In this document: positions 48,335 to 59,356 of the stretch, in pieces
Layout: each line of letters starts with the position of its first letter
How positions within the stretch are numbered: position 1 is the first letter of the stretch
IMG/VR virus record: IMGVR_UViG_3300031555_004294
Location: 160,001-224,000 of that record
From: a virus
Taxonomy: Duplodnaviria > Caudoviricetes
Strand: one strand, 5' to 3'
Length of the DNA stretch: 64,000 nt
Translations under genes and position numbers: made by a program
Notes under the pieces: generated by a model
Told to the model about the DNA's origin: nothing
Databases searched by the model: none
What the model saw: only the letters and a program-made list of their open reading frames with translations

Positions 48335-49309
48335 TTAAAGATACTTTACTAACTTGAATACATATCTGGTTAGTGCTGTTTTTTCAAATCTAAAGTATCT
48401 ACCACCAGCACTGTACACAACATTACCACAAACAGGCTTTTCTCCAGACTCAGTATAATAAAGCTGGTTACCGTTCTCATCTTCACCAATTCTCAATTTC
48501 TTAGGTACATAAGTCATATCAAATTTGTTGCCTTCAAGTACATCAATTAATGCATTCTCATAGTTAGTCACATCAAAATAGTATAGCTGAGACTTATCAT
48601 TTTCAAAATTAGCCTCGTCATTCCAGAATATATAAACATCATCATCGTTTTTAGTATAATATCTGGTATTACTATTAAAAGTAGCGTCTCCACTAACTTT
48701 GACATAACCTTTTTCTAAAGGTAGATAAAATTGTGAAGGTTCGTCATAAATCCATAGTTCTACGTCGCTATCGTAGTTTCCATTTTTATAATCTTTTCCA
48801 GCCCACTCTGCAAAAGATAATGACTTAGCATTAGATGTAAGTGACTTATTCTTAACGTCATCGATATACGCCATATTGTATCCATACATTGTAAAATACA
48901 GAGACCAGCTAACAGTCTGCATATTGTTATCTTTGTCAGGCATTGACTCTTGGTTGCCAGACAGAAGTTTATAGATTTTTTCCTTTAAGTCATCATCAAG
49001 ATCTTGTAAAGACACTTTTCCTTTTTTAACATAAGTATCTTCAGAATAAACATTATGTTCATCAATACGGGACGAAAGAGACGAATATAATTCTTCAAAT
49101 CCGTTTAAGTCATCTTGAATTATACCTTGTAAAGCTTTATATTTCTGAATAAGATCGTTAATTTTCTTTTCAAGAGAAATCTTAATCTTATAACGTACTT
49201 CGTTATCTAATTTATCAAAATTTTTTAGTAATTCTTCAATTTTTTCTCCATCTCTTATCTGAGATAAATCTATTAAAGAACCTAGATTATTGTAATCTTT
49301 TTGTTTCAT
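48335..49309 (-). CDS. Probable virion protein
   Basis: Coiled coil and FNSNTRYYTK motif; late motif at 49359-49370. Confidence 0.55.
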   Translation of the reverse strand: MKQKDYNNLGSLIDLSQIRDGEKIEELLKNFDKLDNEVRYKIKISLEKKINDLIQKYKALQGIIQDDLNGFEELYSSLSSRIDEHNVYSEDTYVKKGKVSLQDLDDDLKEKIYKLLSGNQESMPDKDNNMQTVSWSLYFTMYGYNMAYIDDVKNKSLTSNAKSLSFAEWAGKDYKNGNYDSDVELWIYDEPSQFYLPLEKGYVKVSGDATFNSNTRYYTKNDDDVYIFWNDEANFENDKSQLYYFDVTNYENALIDVLEGNKFDMTYVPKKLRIGEDENGNQLYYTESGEKPVCGNVVYSAGGRYFRFEKTALTRYVFKLVKYL

Positions 49310-49425
49310 AATTCTTTATTTCTTAACCTCCCTCAACAAAAATTTTGGTATTAAAAAATAGAATGTTGTTAGAATGATAGCCAGTAAGGAATCTATCGTA
49401 CTAACAACATTCATTCATAAAGTTC

Positions 49426-51021
49426 TTAATTATTTGTTAACGTAAGATTAAAATTCTCATTCTCAGAATATAAAACGTCATAAACGGCAGTTATATCAAA
49501 ATCGTCTTTAATGTCAAATCCATTATCCATGTCTAGGTAATCCCATACAATTATATGCTTACCGTCTAGGAAGTGATAATAGAAATACGTATCAGATTTA
49601 TACATAACACCATTTATAAAGAGTTTAACGGTACCTTCAACAGGTTTATATTTCAGCTCGAAATAAGGATGTTCATCTCCTTCAAAGAAACCAGTTTTAA
49701 ATTCAGAAATAGTATCATTGAAGTTAGAATAAACTAACTTTGTACGTTTTTGTAACTTGTTAAGTTCTTTCTTAGCTTTGTTAGCTTCAGCTTTATACTT
49801 GTTAATGAGTTTATTAGCCATACTAGTTAGTTCATCATGAGGTAAAGTATAAACATTACCATCAATATCTCCAGTATAGAAGTTGATACAATAGATAAGT
49901 GAACCCTCGCAAATAGTTTTAAACAGATTATGATTCATTCCATAAACTTCATGTGGCATCATAAATCTCAAAGACTTATTGTCTGGATTTATTAAGTAAG
50001 TTTCATTGATACCATTATAGGTAATAATACCATCAGAAACAGAAGATGGGAAGTAAACACTAGCACTCTCTTTGTCGATTTGGAACAAACCAACCATTTT
50101 TTGCTGTTTTAGTTGTCCTTGATTCTCATCTTTATTGACAAATCTTACAACTTTGATGTTAGAGACATCAAACTTTGCAACATTTTCACTGTCAATACTA
50201 GTGATTTTTACCAGTTTATCATTGAGATTGTTAACCTCGTAAAAATACATAACAGAATTGTAGAACAATAAGCAACCACCATCAATAGCTTCAGGGAATT
50301 CAATCCAGTCACCATTTCTACGCTTAGCGAAAAATTCTTTTTCCTTAACAACATTTGCCCAAGAGTAAGGAATTACACTGTAATATTCTCTATTCTCTTT
50401 GGGATCAAATACTCTATAACTACCATCTTCATTTTCAAAATAACTTCCAAATGCATCAGACATCTTAGGGAAATCTACTCCATCTTCCTCATAATAAGTA
50501 ATGGAGATCTTGTCATCATTCAAATGGTAAGGATAGTATAAACCATTGAAAATTATAATCGAGTTAGAGACATCAGCTTTAAAGTTAACATACAAACGAT
50601 TTTTACGTTTTCCGTCAATTATATCATAACTGAGAACTAGATCAAAATTTCTAGGTTTAAGTAAAGTTTTTGGTTTTAAAGCTGATGGGCTATCTAAACC
50701 ATCTCTAGGACCAATAATATACTTGAAACCATATGCATCAGTATACTCACATTCTGGTAGGAAACTAAGTTCACTAGATGTTAACTTCTTAGCATTCATA
50801 ACTTTTGCAGTTCCATCTAAGTTAACACCAGTTAATATAGCTTTACGATAATCTATCCAACTACTTCTTGAAGAATTGCTTTTATAATAGATTTCTTTAA
50901 CACCTACTAAATGTCTGTTAATGATACTGTAATTCTCATTAAAATATGTTAGTTGATAAGCTTTGCAATAGGAATCTGTTTTAAAAAGGATAGTCTGACC
51001 ATCCATACACTCTTTATACAT
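49426..51021 (-). CDS. Probable virion protein
   Basis: Repeated I.(F/Y)NG domains; C-terminal VKLFINGV domain similar to 46920-48305. Confidence 0.55.
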   Translation of the reverse strand: MYKECMDGQTILFKTDSYCKAYQLTYFNENYSIINRHLVGVKEIYYKSNSSRSSWIDYRKAILTGVNLDGTAKVMNAKKLTSSELSFLPECEYTDAYGFKYIIGPRDGLDSPSALKPKTLLKPRNFDLVLSYDIIDGKRKNRLYVNFKADVSNSIIIFNGLYYPYHLNDDKISITYYEEDGVDFPKMSDAFGSYFENEDGSYRVFDPKENREYYSVIPYSWANVVKEKEFFAKRRNGDWIEFPEAIDGGCLLFYNSVMYFYEVNNLNDKLVKITSIDSENVAKFDVSNIKVVRFVNKDENQGQLKQQKMVGLFQIDKESASVYFPSSVSDGIITYNGINETYLINPDNKSLRFMMPHEVYGMNHNLFKTICEGSLIYCINFYTGDIDGNVYTLPHDELTSMANKLINKYKAEANKAKKELNKLQKRTKLVYSNFNDTISEFKTGFFEGDEHPYFELKYKPVEGTVKLFINGVMYKSDTYFYYHFLDGKHIIVWDYLDMDNGFDIKDDFDITAVYDVLYSENENFNLTLTNN

Positions 51022-51036
51022 CTTAGATCAGCCTCC

Positions 51037-51339
51037 TTATTTACTTAAAATTTTTACGTTTTCTATAGTTTTTACTACATTACTTTTCTTGCCACCGTAC
51101 AATTTTAAAGTTACAACCATGCCACCTCTATAAAATCCATAAATGTAGTCAGAATATCTTCCTAACTTACCATCTTTATAGATTTCTGCTAAAATTGAAG
51201 GGCCATTGAAGGCATCTTCAACAGCCCATTTAGTATAGCCCATACTTGCTTGTTTAGTTGTAAGCTTTGCTAAAGAAAGTTTAGTTCCTATGGCAGCATT
51301 TTCAATGTAAATGTCAAACTTTTCATCAATGTTTCCCAT
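51037..51339 (-). CDS. Hypothetical protein
   Basis: AAAGGATGG RBS. Confidence 0.65.
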   Translation of the reverse strand: MGNIDEKFDIYIENAAIGTKLSLAKLTTKQASMGYTKWAVEDAFNGPSILAEIYKDGKLGRYSDYIYGFYRGGMVVTLKLYGGKKSNVVKTIENVKILSK

Positions 51340-51361
51340 AATTAAACCATCCTTTCTTTAA

Positions 51362-54300
51362 TTATTCTTGTGCAATAAGTTTAATGGAGTCATCATTTAC
51401 GCTATCAACAATTGCAACATTGAAAGTATCATGTTTTGCAATATTGATGTCGATATAGAAGATTCTAGAATCATCTGCAATGTAGCAGTAACGGTTAATA
51501 CCACTTCTCAAAATATCTAAGATAGTTTCAAACTGTGAGCCACTGATAGAGGAATTTCTTAATTGAATCATAATATCAAATCCCTTATCAGAAATGTCAG
51601 TTACATAACTGGTATTAGGCCTAAGTTCAAGTACTTTGACAATATTGACATCTTCTGGAATTTCTGGTTCAATAACTAACCATTTTTCATCTTCATAAGT
51701 AGAACTGTCTACAGTAACATTCGCTATAGTTAACTTTTCCCAATTAAATGCTTCGATTTCCCACTTATCATACTGAGACTTTGGAACTTCAAGTTCAATG
51801 ATCTTCTTGATCTCAGGGATTTCAAAATATAGATCAAGATTTGTCTTACCAGCTTCAACAGCGTTTGTGATGTAATTATTAATCTTCATAACGTTACCAG
51901 ATTTAGTCTTGAAATTTGTAAAGTAAATGAAGATCTCATTAGTACTGTTTCTGGTTGTATTGTTGTTTACATTGATCATATTAACATCATACTCTACGAT
52001 CACATTATTGTTACCATCAATTAGTCTACTTCCAGTGAAGTCAATGTTGTCGTATTCTTCATTAAGAGATACCTTATCAATCTTAATCTCGTAACCATTT
52101 GCAATATCACCTATAAAAGTACCAGTTGCAGAAATTTGTGTACTAACTATATCTTTGACTACGAAGAGTAACTGGTCGGTTAATTCTTGCTTTTCCCTAT
52201 CAAAGAATTCCAGAATTACCATATCACTCAGACCTAAAGATGCAATTGTTAATACACCCTCATTATCATTCAGAATACCCTGACCAATTGTAAGATAAGT
52301 ATTATCTTCTAGGTTCTTGATAGTAAAGTAGTAGTGGGCATCATTATTGTATCTGGAAACAAAGTTGCTATCTACTTTAGCAGTAAAGTTATCATAGTAG
52401 ACGAGTTGATAATTGTTTCGAATTGGGTTATTTAGCAGCTTTACATTCACATCAGTATACTCACTGTCAGAAATAGTTCTGATGACAGCATTATCTGTTT
52501 CAATAACAATATCTTTAGTGTATAGAGAAATTCTGAATTTATAAGTAGTATCAAGTTTCAAATCTTGAATGGAATCACCATCAATTAACTTATCTTTACC
52601 AGATCCATCTTTTACTAAAGTGTCAAGTATTACATCATCATCAGTCATGTCGTACATGAAAATCTTAGCTGTAGAATTGTCTACCTTCTGAATGAGTCCA
52701 TTGCTAAATGTAGCATAAATTTCAAATGACGTATCAATGATGTAATTACTATCAACTTGCTTAATAACACTGTTGGGAACTACATCCAACTTCTTAATCA
52801 TCTTACTTTCAGGACTATCAATAACTACTAACTTTCTATCGTCTTTTTCTCTACAAGCAGCATATATGATATACGTACCAATTTCATCTACATACCCATC
52901 TGGATACATAGCACCATGTTCAGACATTAAAGTAACTTCAAGTCCGTCATTAGCTGCAGTAAGCACTTTTTGACTACCATTTTCATAACTACCGATAACA
53001 CGCACATTTTCTAAAATGTTATCATCAGTTGTCAAATAGCCATTGTTAGTCAAAATCTTAATATTTTCCAACTTTAATTCAACAACTGTAATACTAACAG
53101 GTTCAGGAATAGTAACCTTAATTTCTTCTTTTACGCCATTCTTTTCTTCGGTACCAATTACAAGTTCAGCAACAATTGTCTGATCGCCAGGTACTTCAGC
53201 TGTAAAGCCACCTTCAAACTTGTTACCATGATTGTCAAAGAAACTAAATGTGCAATGATCAGTTACATCAACAATGATTTCTTTATTTTCGTCATCATTG
53301 TAATAACCTAAAACTTTCATCTTATGTCCAGACTCACTAAATAGATCAGACAGTTTAGAATATTGTCTTACATTCTTTTGGTTGTCAATACTAAGTTCGA
53401 TTTTATTGATTTTAGCATAGAAAATTTCTGGAACATTAGTATTATCTATCTCATTGTATCCTACATCAGATACAAGCTCCATCCAGCTATTAACGACTGT
53501 AGCATTGTAATCTATGGCGTGTAGCTGACTGTAAACATTTTGAGCTACTTCATTTGAAGCTAACATATCGATGACAGTCTTAGCATAGTCCGTCCAGTTA
53601 ATCTCAGAGTAAAGCTCAATATTATCAAAAGTACTATGTTGTTTGTCAATCTTAAAATAACGGTTGATAATAGAACGCTTTTCAGATAAAGGTACTCTAC
53701 GTCTTCCTACATATGCTTCAATGTAGTTTTCACAAATTGGAATATTCTTATCACAGAGATCAATTATACCAGCTGAATATTTACTATCATCTTCAGTAAA
53801 TGTTACAAACTCTAAGATATCTTTAAATGCAGCATATTCTTCAACGTATCTAACATAAACAGCTCTCTTAAGAGAAACTAAACCTCTAACAGCAATCTGC
53901 TTATTAGCAATGAGTTCTTTAACCTTTTCATCAAACTCAATAAATTCAACATATTCGAATCTTCCTTCAACTAGTTCAGGAATAAATTTAACATACTGAT
54001 CGTTTTCAAAGGTTTCGATTTCATCTTCTTCTACAAAGAATGAATCCTCGTAAGGTAAGTAATTTTCACCATTGAAAGTTACAACCTTGTAAGGTTCAAA
54101 ATCAAAGGTATCTTCGTAATAGTAGTAACTTTCACCATTGATAGTCACGGGTTTGTATAACTCTAACTTTTCAACAAGTGCGTCAGTTTTCTTTAGCATC
54201 TTAACAATTTTGAAGTTACCTCTGTACTTTTTGTACTCATTCTTATAAGGAACTGCCATAAAGCCGTCCATAGAGAAGAAAACATCGATATCGGGAACAA

Positions 54301-55771
54301 TACTCTCAGTAGCAGCAAGTTCTACAAATTTATCATCAAAACGTACATAATTTGTGTCAATGTGCTGTAAAGAAACCTTATCATAGAAGTTATAAGATGT
54401 GTCAATGCATTTATTTCTGTAAGTAACTACAGAGTTAGGAGCTAAAACTCCATTGAAACGGATATACTGATTACCTTTTTCATTGTTAACGAAGAAGTAG
54501 TCAACATCGTTGATTGCTCTAAAGCCATTGATATATACTTCTACATCGTTACTAGATTTTACAGGTAGAGGTAAGTAACAATCATTAACCTTTACAGATT
54601 TATCAACCAATGGACAAGTCATAGATGCATCTGCAAAACCATATTCAAAATACTCGTCAAGAGTAAACTGAGTTTCATTAATAAATTCACACTCAATATG
54701 CTTTGTTCTGTTAATGATAAGATAAACATCCCCTTCTTTAATATCTACATCATCAGACAAATCTAAAATGAAAGATTTCTTCTGAATGTCAAAAGGAATT
54801 CTCCCCCAGTTATCATCAGTTGATTCTTCAGTTGTAGAAAGAGCAAATAAAATGTCACCAATCTTACATGTATATTTACCATAAGTACCATTGGACTTTA
54901 CTTCATATGCATCATTTCTCTGTACATTTGTTGGAAGCTTAACAATATCAGCAACGATACTAGATTTACCAATGGTTCCTTTAACATTGTTTACGTATGC
55001 AATATACTCATTCAAATGTGCACTATTACTAATCTGAAAGTACTTACTTTCAGACTCTAGTACAGACTTCTTAAAAATCATTAAGTTGTCTAAGCTAGTA
55101 ACATCGTTATCTTCAGTATCAATAACATCTCCATAACGTCCTACCAGTTCCTTATCAATGAAATAAGTTTTCTTATTAATATCAGATACCGTAAATGTAG
55201 TATAGAAAGAATTAAACTTAGGTTCTTTACGAATAACCACACTGACAGTATAAACTTTTCCATTCTTTAATTTCTGATCATCAAAAAGATCAGCATCAAT
55301 TAAGAAACGTCTTGCACCAGTTTTGAAATTATAATGTTTCGTACTAGGTAGTTCTAAGAAATTCTTTTTTCTTAGCTTTTTACCATCAATAAACACGTCA
55401 GAATAGAAATCATACTGGTCGGAAACTAGAGAACTGTCAATACAAGTAATGAGGACTTTGTCTCCATTACCAAAGTTTAAGTAAACAGAATCATTGTTAA
55501 AGGTATTTCTATACATTAACTTCTGTTTTGTTTCTCTATCAACATACACGTCTGTCTGGTACGCAATATTAGAAGTTGCCTTTAGATAACGTCTAGCATA
55601 GTCTGGATCTTCCTTAATGATTTCATTAAAAGTATCTCTAAGTTCTGGTCTATAACCATATGAACGAATTTGTTTATTTTTTTCGGTGTCTATCTTAGAA
55701 ATACTAGCTTTTCTATTTTTGATCATGTCTCTAATGATAGAGTCAAAATTAGACATTGTATTTTCCACCAT
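51362..55771 (-). CDS. Very large virion protein with Ig-like repeats
   Basis: 1469 aa; VFIDG/VYING domains; V.G.Y.(D/N)G-type bacterial Ig-like repeats. Confidence 0.6.
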   Translation of the reverse strand: MVENTMSNFDSIIRDMIKNRKASISKIDTEKNKQIRSYGYRPELRDTFNEIIKEDPDYARRYLKATSNIAYQTDVYVDRETKQKLMYRNTFNNDSVYLNFGNGDKVLITCIDSSLVSDQYDFYSDVFIDGKKLRKKNFLELPSTKHYNFKTGARRFLIDADLFDDQKLKNGKVYTVSVVIRKEPKFNSFYTTFTVSDINKKTYFIDKELVGRYGDVIDTEDNDVTSLDNLMIFKKSVLESESKYFQISNSAHLNEYIAYVNNVKGTIGKSSIVADIVKLPTNVQRNDAYEVKSNGTYGKYTCKIGDILFALSTTEESTDDNWGRIPFDIQKKSFILDLSDDVDIKEGDVYLIINRTKHIECEFINETQFTLDEYFEYGFADASMTCPLVDKSVKVNDCYLPLPVKSSNDVEVYINGFRAINDVDYFFVNNEKGNQYIRFNGVLAPNSVVTYRNKCIDTSYNFYDKVSLQHIDTNYVRFDDKFVELAATESIVPDIDVFFSMDGFMAVPYKNEYKKYRGNFKIVKMLKKTDALVEKLELYKPVTINGESYYYYEDTFDFEPYKVVTFNGENYLPYEDSFFVEEDEIETFENDQYVKFIPELVEGRFEYVEFIEFDEKVKELIANKQIAVRGLVSLKRAVYVRYVEEYAAFKDILEFVTFTEDDSKYSAGIIDLCDKNIPICENYIEAYVGRRRVPLSEKRSIINRYFKIDKQHSTFDNIELYSEINWTDYAKTVIDMLASNEVAQNVYSQLHAIDYNATVVNSWMELVSDVGYNEIDNTNVPEIFYAKINKIELSIDNQKNVRQYSKLSDLFSESGHKMKVLGYYNDDENKEIIVDVTDHCTFSFFDNHGNKFEGGFTAEVPGDQTIVAELVIGTEEKNGVKEEIKVTIPEPVSITVVELKLENIKILTNNGYLTTDDNILENVRVIGSYENGSQKVLTAANDGLEVTLMSEHGAMYPDGYVDEIGTYIIYAACREKDDRKLVVIDSPESKMIKKLDVVPNSVIKQVDSNYIIDTSFEIYATFSNGLIQKVDNSTAKIFMYDMTDDDVILDTLVKDGSGKDKLIDGDSIQDLKLDTTYKFRISLYTKDIVIETDNAVIRTISDSEYTDVNVKLLNNPIRNNYQLVYYDNFTAKVDSNFVSRYNNDAHYYFTIKNLEDNTYLTIGQGILNDNEGVLTIASLGLSDMVILEFFDREKQELTDQLLFVVKDIVSTQISATGTFIGDIANGYEIKIDKVSLNEEYDNIDFTGSRLIDGNNNVIVEYDVNMINVNNNTTRNSTNEIFIYFTNFKTKSGNVMKINNYITNAVEAGKTNLDLYFEIPEIKKIIELEVPKSQYDKWEIEAFNWEKLTIANVTVDSSTYEDEKWLVIEPEIPEDVNIVKVLELRPNTSYVTDISDKGFDIMIQLRNSSISGSQFETILDILRSGINRYCYIADDSRIFYIDINIAKHDTFNVAIVDSVNDDSIKLIAQE

Positions 55772-55786
55772 CCTTTACTTATATTT

Positions 55787-56740
55787 TTAACGACTTAATA
55801 CACGAGTGATTTCAGTATATAAATCAAGAGCATCTTTGTTAATAACACTGTCAACTAATTGGTCTTTATATCCACGGATATTAAAAATGGAAGAAGTAAT
55901 AATTACTTCTAATAATCTTTGATAATTTTCCATAGCAAATAGAGAATTTTCACCATAAAGGTTCATAAACTCCATAGTAAAGACACGTAAATCTAATTTC
56001 TTTAAGATATCAAAGTAATCAGAGAGTGCTTTAAAGAATTTTTCTAAAGATTCATAATTTTCTTTTGAAAAATCCAAATCAGTACTTAACATAACTTTTT
56101 TAGGAGTATTACCAGAAGTACAAGAATATGCTACGTCATTAGTAGATTCATTTTCAGGAAGTTCTAATACATACATCAAGAAAAATTTAGCAAGTAAGTA
56201 ACTAATTTTATCAGCCTTTTCTGGCATAAGATTAACTGCAAAAAGCTTATCTAAAACTTTTCTCATTAATTTTACATAGCACTGAGTTGACAGTCTTTTA
56301 ATTTTAGAATTGTAGAGAAACTTATTTTCAGATTTTTGTAGTTCTCTAGAAATATATGCACATTCTAAATAACCATATAACTTTTTGTTATCAATCTTTA
56401 TATCACCTTGTTTGCCCTTAATTCCACCGATAGTCTCTAGATTTAAAATAGCACTAATTTCATTAGGTAATACTAGATTTTTAACTAGGAAAATTGGAAC
56501 TAATGTTGTTAGTTTAGCATAGTCAGAAAAAAGTGTAGTTATTTCTTTTTTCTCATAAGATGCTAAAACCTGTGGCTTTAAAGTAAAAGAAAATCTACGC
56601 TTAATGATATCAATCTCGTTCTTAAAATAATCGGCATCAACAATATCATTTTTCCAATCTATCTTTTTAATATTTTCTCGAAAATTTCTTCCAACTTTTT
56701 CATCTTTTCGAAAAAGATAAGTATCGCTTAAACTTCTCAA
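55787..56740 (-). CDS. Jumbo-phage protein (late, probably virion)
   Basis: First gene of the late operon; motif at 56780-56791. Confidence 0.55.
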   Translation of the reverse strand: MRSLSDTYLFRKDEKVGRNFRENIKKIDWKNDIVDADYFKNEIDIIKRRFSFTLKPQVLASYEKKEITTLFSDYAKLTTLVPIFLVKNLVLPNEISAILNLETIGGIKGKQGDIKIDNKKLYGYLECAYISRELQKSENKFLYNSKIKRLSTQCYVKLMRKVLDKLFAVNLMPEKADKISYLLAKFFLMYVLELPENESTNDVAYSCTSGNTPKKVMLSTDLDFSKENYESLEKFFKALSDYFDILKKLDLRVFTMEFMNLYGENSLFAMENYQRLLEVIITSSIFNIRGYKDQLVDSVINKDALDLYTEITRVLSR

Positions 56741-56779
56741 TTATGAACACCTCTTTCTTTAGTTTTTTCATCATAGATT

Positions 56780-56791
56780 TATTAGTTTGTT
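56780..56791 (-). promoter_or_regulatory. AACA-N6-TA late-type promoter
   Basis: Minus strand AACAaactaaTA. Confidence 0.6.
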
Positions 56792-56831
56792 TGAAATCCG
56801 TGAATATTGTTAGTTTAAAAATGGTTATAAC

Positions 56832-56849
56832 TATATATCATAAAAGTAT
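56832..56849 (+). promoter_or_regulatory. TATATATY early-type promoter
   Basis: TATATATCataaaagta about 40 nt before 56879. Confidence 0.5.
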
Positions 56850-56878
56850 CAAAAATACTTGAAAGGGAGACTAGAACT

Positions 56879-57088
56879 ATGGCTAACTTTGTTGAAATCG
56901 ATGCGGAACTTATTAACTTAGACCAAGTAACCCATATTAAAACATCTTTAGAGAATGGAGATTATTGTTTAAATTTCTATCATGGAGATGATGTAATTTT
57001 GTCATTAAATTTTCATTGGCATGTGTCAGAATGTAATGATGAATATAGAAAATGGAAAGAAAAATTAATAAAAAATGAGGATAATTAA
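56879..57088 (+). CDS. Hypothetical protein
   Basis: GGGAG RBS; INLDQV motif. Confidence 0.7.
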   Translation: MANFVEIDAELINLDQVTHIKTSLENGDYCLNFYHGDDVILSLNFHWHVSECNDEYRKWKEKLIKNEDN

Positions 57089-57090
57089 AG

Positions 57091-57408
57091 ATGACTAATT
57101 GGGAAGATGTTGAAACTGAAGTAGAAAATCTTACTGACACAGACTATAGAAAACTGCAAAATAAAAAATGCCATTTTTGCTATAGTTTAAGAAACGAAAC
57201 TATTAAAAGTGCAAAAGTAGAAAAATACGATAAGCATGAAGAAATTAGAGATCCATTTTTTGGAAGAGATAGAATTGGTGAGAGATTTGTAAAAAGACAA
57301 CCAATGATTATCTTCAGAACAAATAGAATGACTATTAGAAAACAACTTCCAGTAAATTTTAAATTCTGTCCTGTTTGTGGTAGACTATTAATGGAGGATA
57401 AAAAATGA
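57091..57408 (+). CDS. Zn-ribbon protein
   Basis: CHFC...FCPVCGR. Confidence 0.75.
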   Translation: MTNWEDVETEVENLTDTDYRKLQNKKCHFCYSLRNETIKSAKVEKYDKHEEIRDPFFGRDRIGERFVKRQPMIIFRTNRMTIRKQLPVNFKFCPVCGRLLMEDKK

Positions 57409-58490
57409 AAGATACAGTAAAAATAGCAAACATAGCTGATATACATTGGGGATCTATCAATCCTAAAAAACTTTACAATGACTTGAAAACTGAATTCATA
57501 GACAAAATTAAAGATGAAGATTTAGATATGATTATGATACTCGGTGACTATTTTGATCATAAGATACCTCTTACAGATCAATCAAGTATCCTTGGTATAA
57601 AGTTTCTGAGCCAGTTATGCAGTTTTGCTAAAAAGCGAAACATTGAGATTAGAATACTTAGAGGAACTAAAACTCATGATTTCAACCAACTAGATAATTT
57701 TAAGTCATTAGAATCAACATATGAGAACTTCAGAATCATTAATACTGTTTCTGAAGAATTATTTAACGGATTGAAATTTTTGTATGTTCCAGAAGAGTAT
57801 ATGAATGATCAAGACGAATACTATCGAGAGTTCAAGGATAAAGAATGGGATTGTATTTATGGACATGGTACATGGGATGTATATGCTTTCCAGAACCAAA
57901 TTTCTGAATCTGAAAGACCCATCAAGGGTTCACCTGTTTTCATGTATAATGAATGGGCAGACAATGTTCATTACGATATCATATTCGGTCACATTCATGT
58001 GAGAAATACTCATAAAAGACTTCATTACCCTGGTTCTTTTGAAAGATGGTGTCATGGTGAAGAGACTCCTAAAGGATTTATCATTCAGGAGATTAATAAG
58101 GATGGATCCAATATTAGATTCATAAAGAATACTAAAGCTACTGAGTATACTACGGTTAATCTCTCTGAGTTAGTTAACGCTGGGGAAGATTTAAAAGACA
58201 CTATTTCTAAGATAGAACAGCTGAAGAAAGACAATAGTAACTTTAGAGTTAAAGTTGGTAGTAATATGTCTATGGATGATTTAGGTATTCTTAAAGAAAC
58301 TTTCTCTAATGAAAATTCTATTAGAATTGAACTTCAATCAGTTAAAGAACAACTTCAGGAAAAAGCATTAGAAGAACATGATTTCTTAGGAAATGATGTT
58401 TCTGAAAATATTCAAGCTTTTATTAAAGAAAAATTTGGCAAAGATATTTCTATTGAAGAAATAGACGAAATCTCCAAAGAAGACGATTAA
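57405..58490 (+). CDS. SbcD/Mre11-like DNA repair nuclease
   Basis: ADIHWG, LGDYFD, GTKTHD, GHG, GHIH, YPGS metallophosphoesterase motifs. Confidence 0.9.
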   Translation: MKDTVKIANIADIHWGSINPKKLYNDLKTEFIDKIKDEDLDMIMILGDYFDHKIPLTDQSSILGIKFLSQLCSFAKKRNIEIRILRGTKTHDFNQLDNFKSLESTYENFRIINTVSEELFNGLKFLYVPEEYMNDQDEYYREFKDKEWDCIYGHGTWDVYAFQNQISESERPIKGSPVFMYNEWADNVHYDIIFGHIHVRNTHKRLHYPGSFERWCHGEETPKGFIIQEINKDGSNIRFIKNTKATEYTTVNLSELVNAGEDLKDTISKIEQLKKDNSNFRVKVGSNMSMDDLGILKETFSNENSIRIELQSVKEQLQEKALEEHDFLGNDVSENIQAFIKEKFGKDISIEEIDEISKEDD

Positions 58491-58496
58491 AAAATT

Positions 58497-58534
58497 AAAT
58501 GACCCTAAGTACCATAGAGTACTTAGGGTCATTT
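58497..58534. terminator. Terminator hairpin
   Basis: AAATGACCCTAAGTAC/GTACTTAGGGTCATTT. Confidence 0.8.
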
Positions 58535-58765
58535 ATAAGGATTTAAGGAGGTAAAAAATGAAAAAGAAAAGACACATAGAGAAGGAAAAATTCGAACTCT
58601 ATAATTTTTTGTTTAAAAATTTTACAGAGATTTCGACAAAATAATTTTACTGTGGAAACAGTCAAATTTATATATAACGTTTTCTTAAAGTTTTAAAGTA
58701 AAAGTTGCTATAAAATAAAATATTACTAGTGAATTCAAAATTTAAGGTAGGTGACGATAATACAG

Positions 58766-59356
58766 ATGGACTACTTATATAACGTCAAAAAGATTGACGA
58801 AATAGAGATAGGAGACATTATTTTTATCGAGGTAGATGAAAATAATCGTCCTATTTTTGAATTTGTCGTCTTAGAAAATAAACCAGATAGTAAAATAAAG
58901 AATACATTTTGTCTAGAAGAAAAAGAAATAGTAGATTTAAACTTAACTGACCATGAATATGTATATTTTCTTGGAAATATGTGTCAGAAATTATCTAAAA
59001 AAGAACTTATGAAAGGAGTTCAAAAAAGATATGTATGGTTAGGTATCGAGTATGACTTAATCAAGGTACTTGTAAATCTTTTAGATGGAACTGTAGAAAA
59101 GTACAATTATGAAACAGAAGAATGGGAATTTTTAAGTGATGAAGTTGAAGACAATGGTTATTTAATGACTTTAACTTTTGATGTCATTAGATTTCGTATC
59201 AACCTTACTAATCTAAAAGTTCAAATTATGAATGGACGTACATTGAGATTTAGAAATTATAACAACTATCTTTTAGGTCTTGAAGGACAATATGTTTTCA
59301 ATGCTGAGAATGAGTTGGAGCTTTCTAACGATGATGATACTGAAGGAGGTAAGTAA
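58766..59356 (+). CDS. Hypothetical protein
   Basis: ORF coupled to the helicase; start re-called to MDYL. Confidence 0.7.
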   Translation: MDYLYNVKKIDEIEIGDIIFIEVDENNRPIFEFVVLENKPDSKIKNTFCLEEKEIVDLNLTDHEYVYFLGNMCQKLSKKELMKGVQKRYVWLGIEYDLIKVLVNLLDGTVEKYNYETEEWEFLSDEVEDNGYLMTLTFDVIRFRINLTNLKVQIMNGRTLRFRNYNNYLLGLEGQYVFNAENELELSNDDDTEGGK

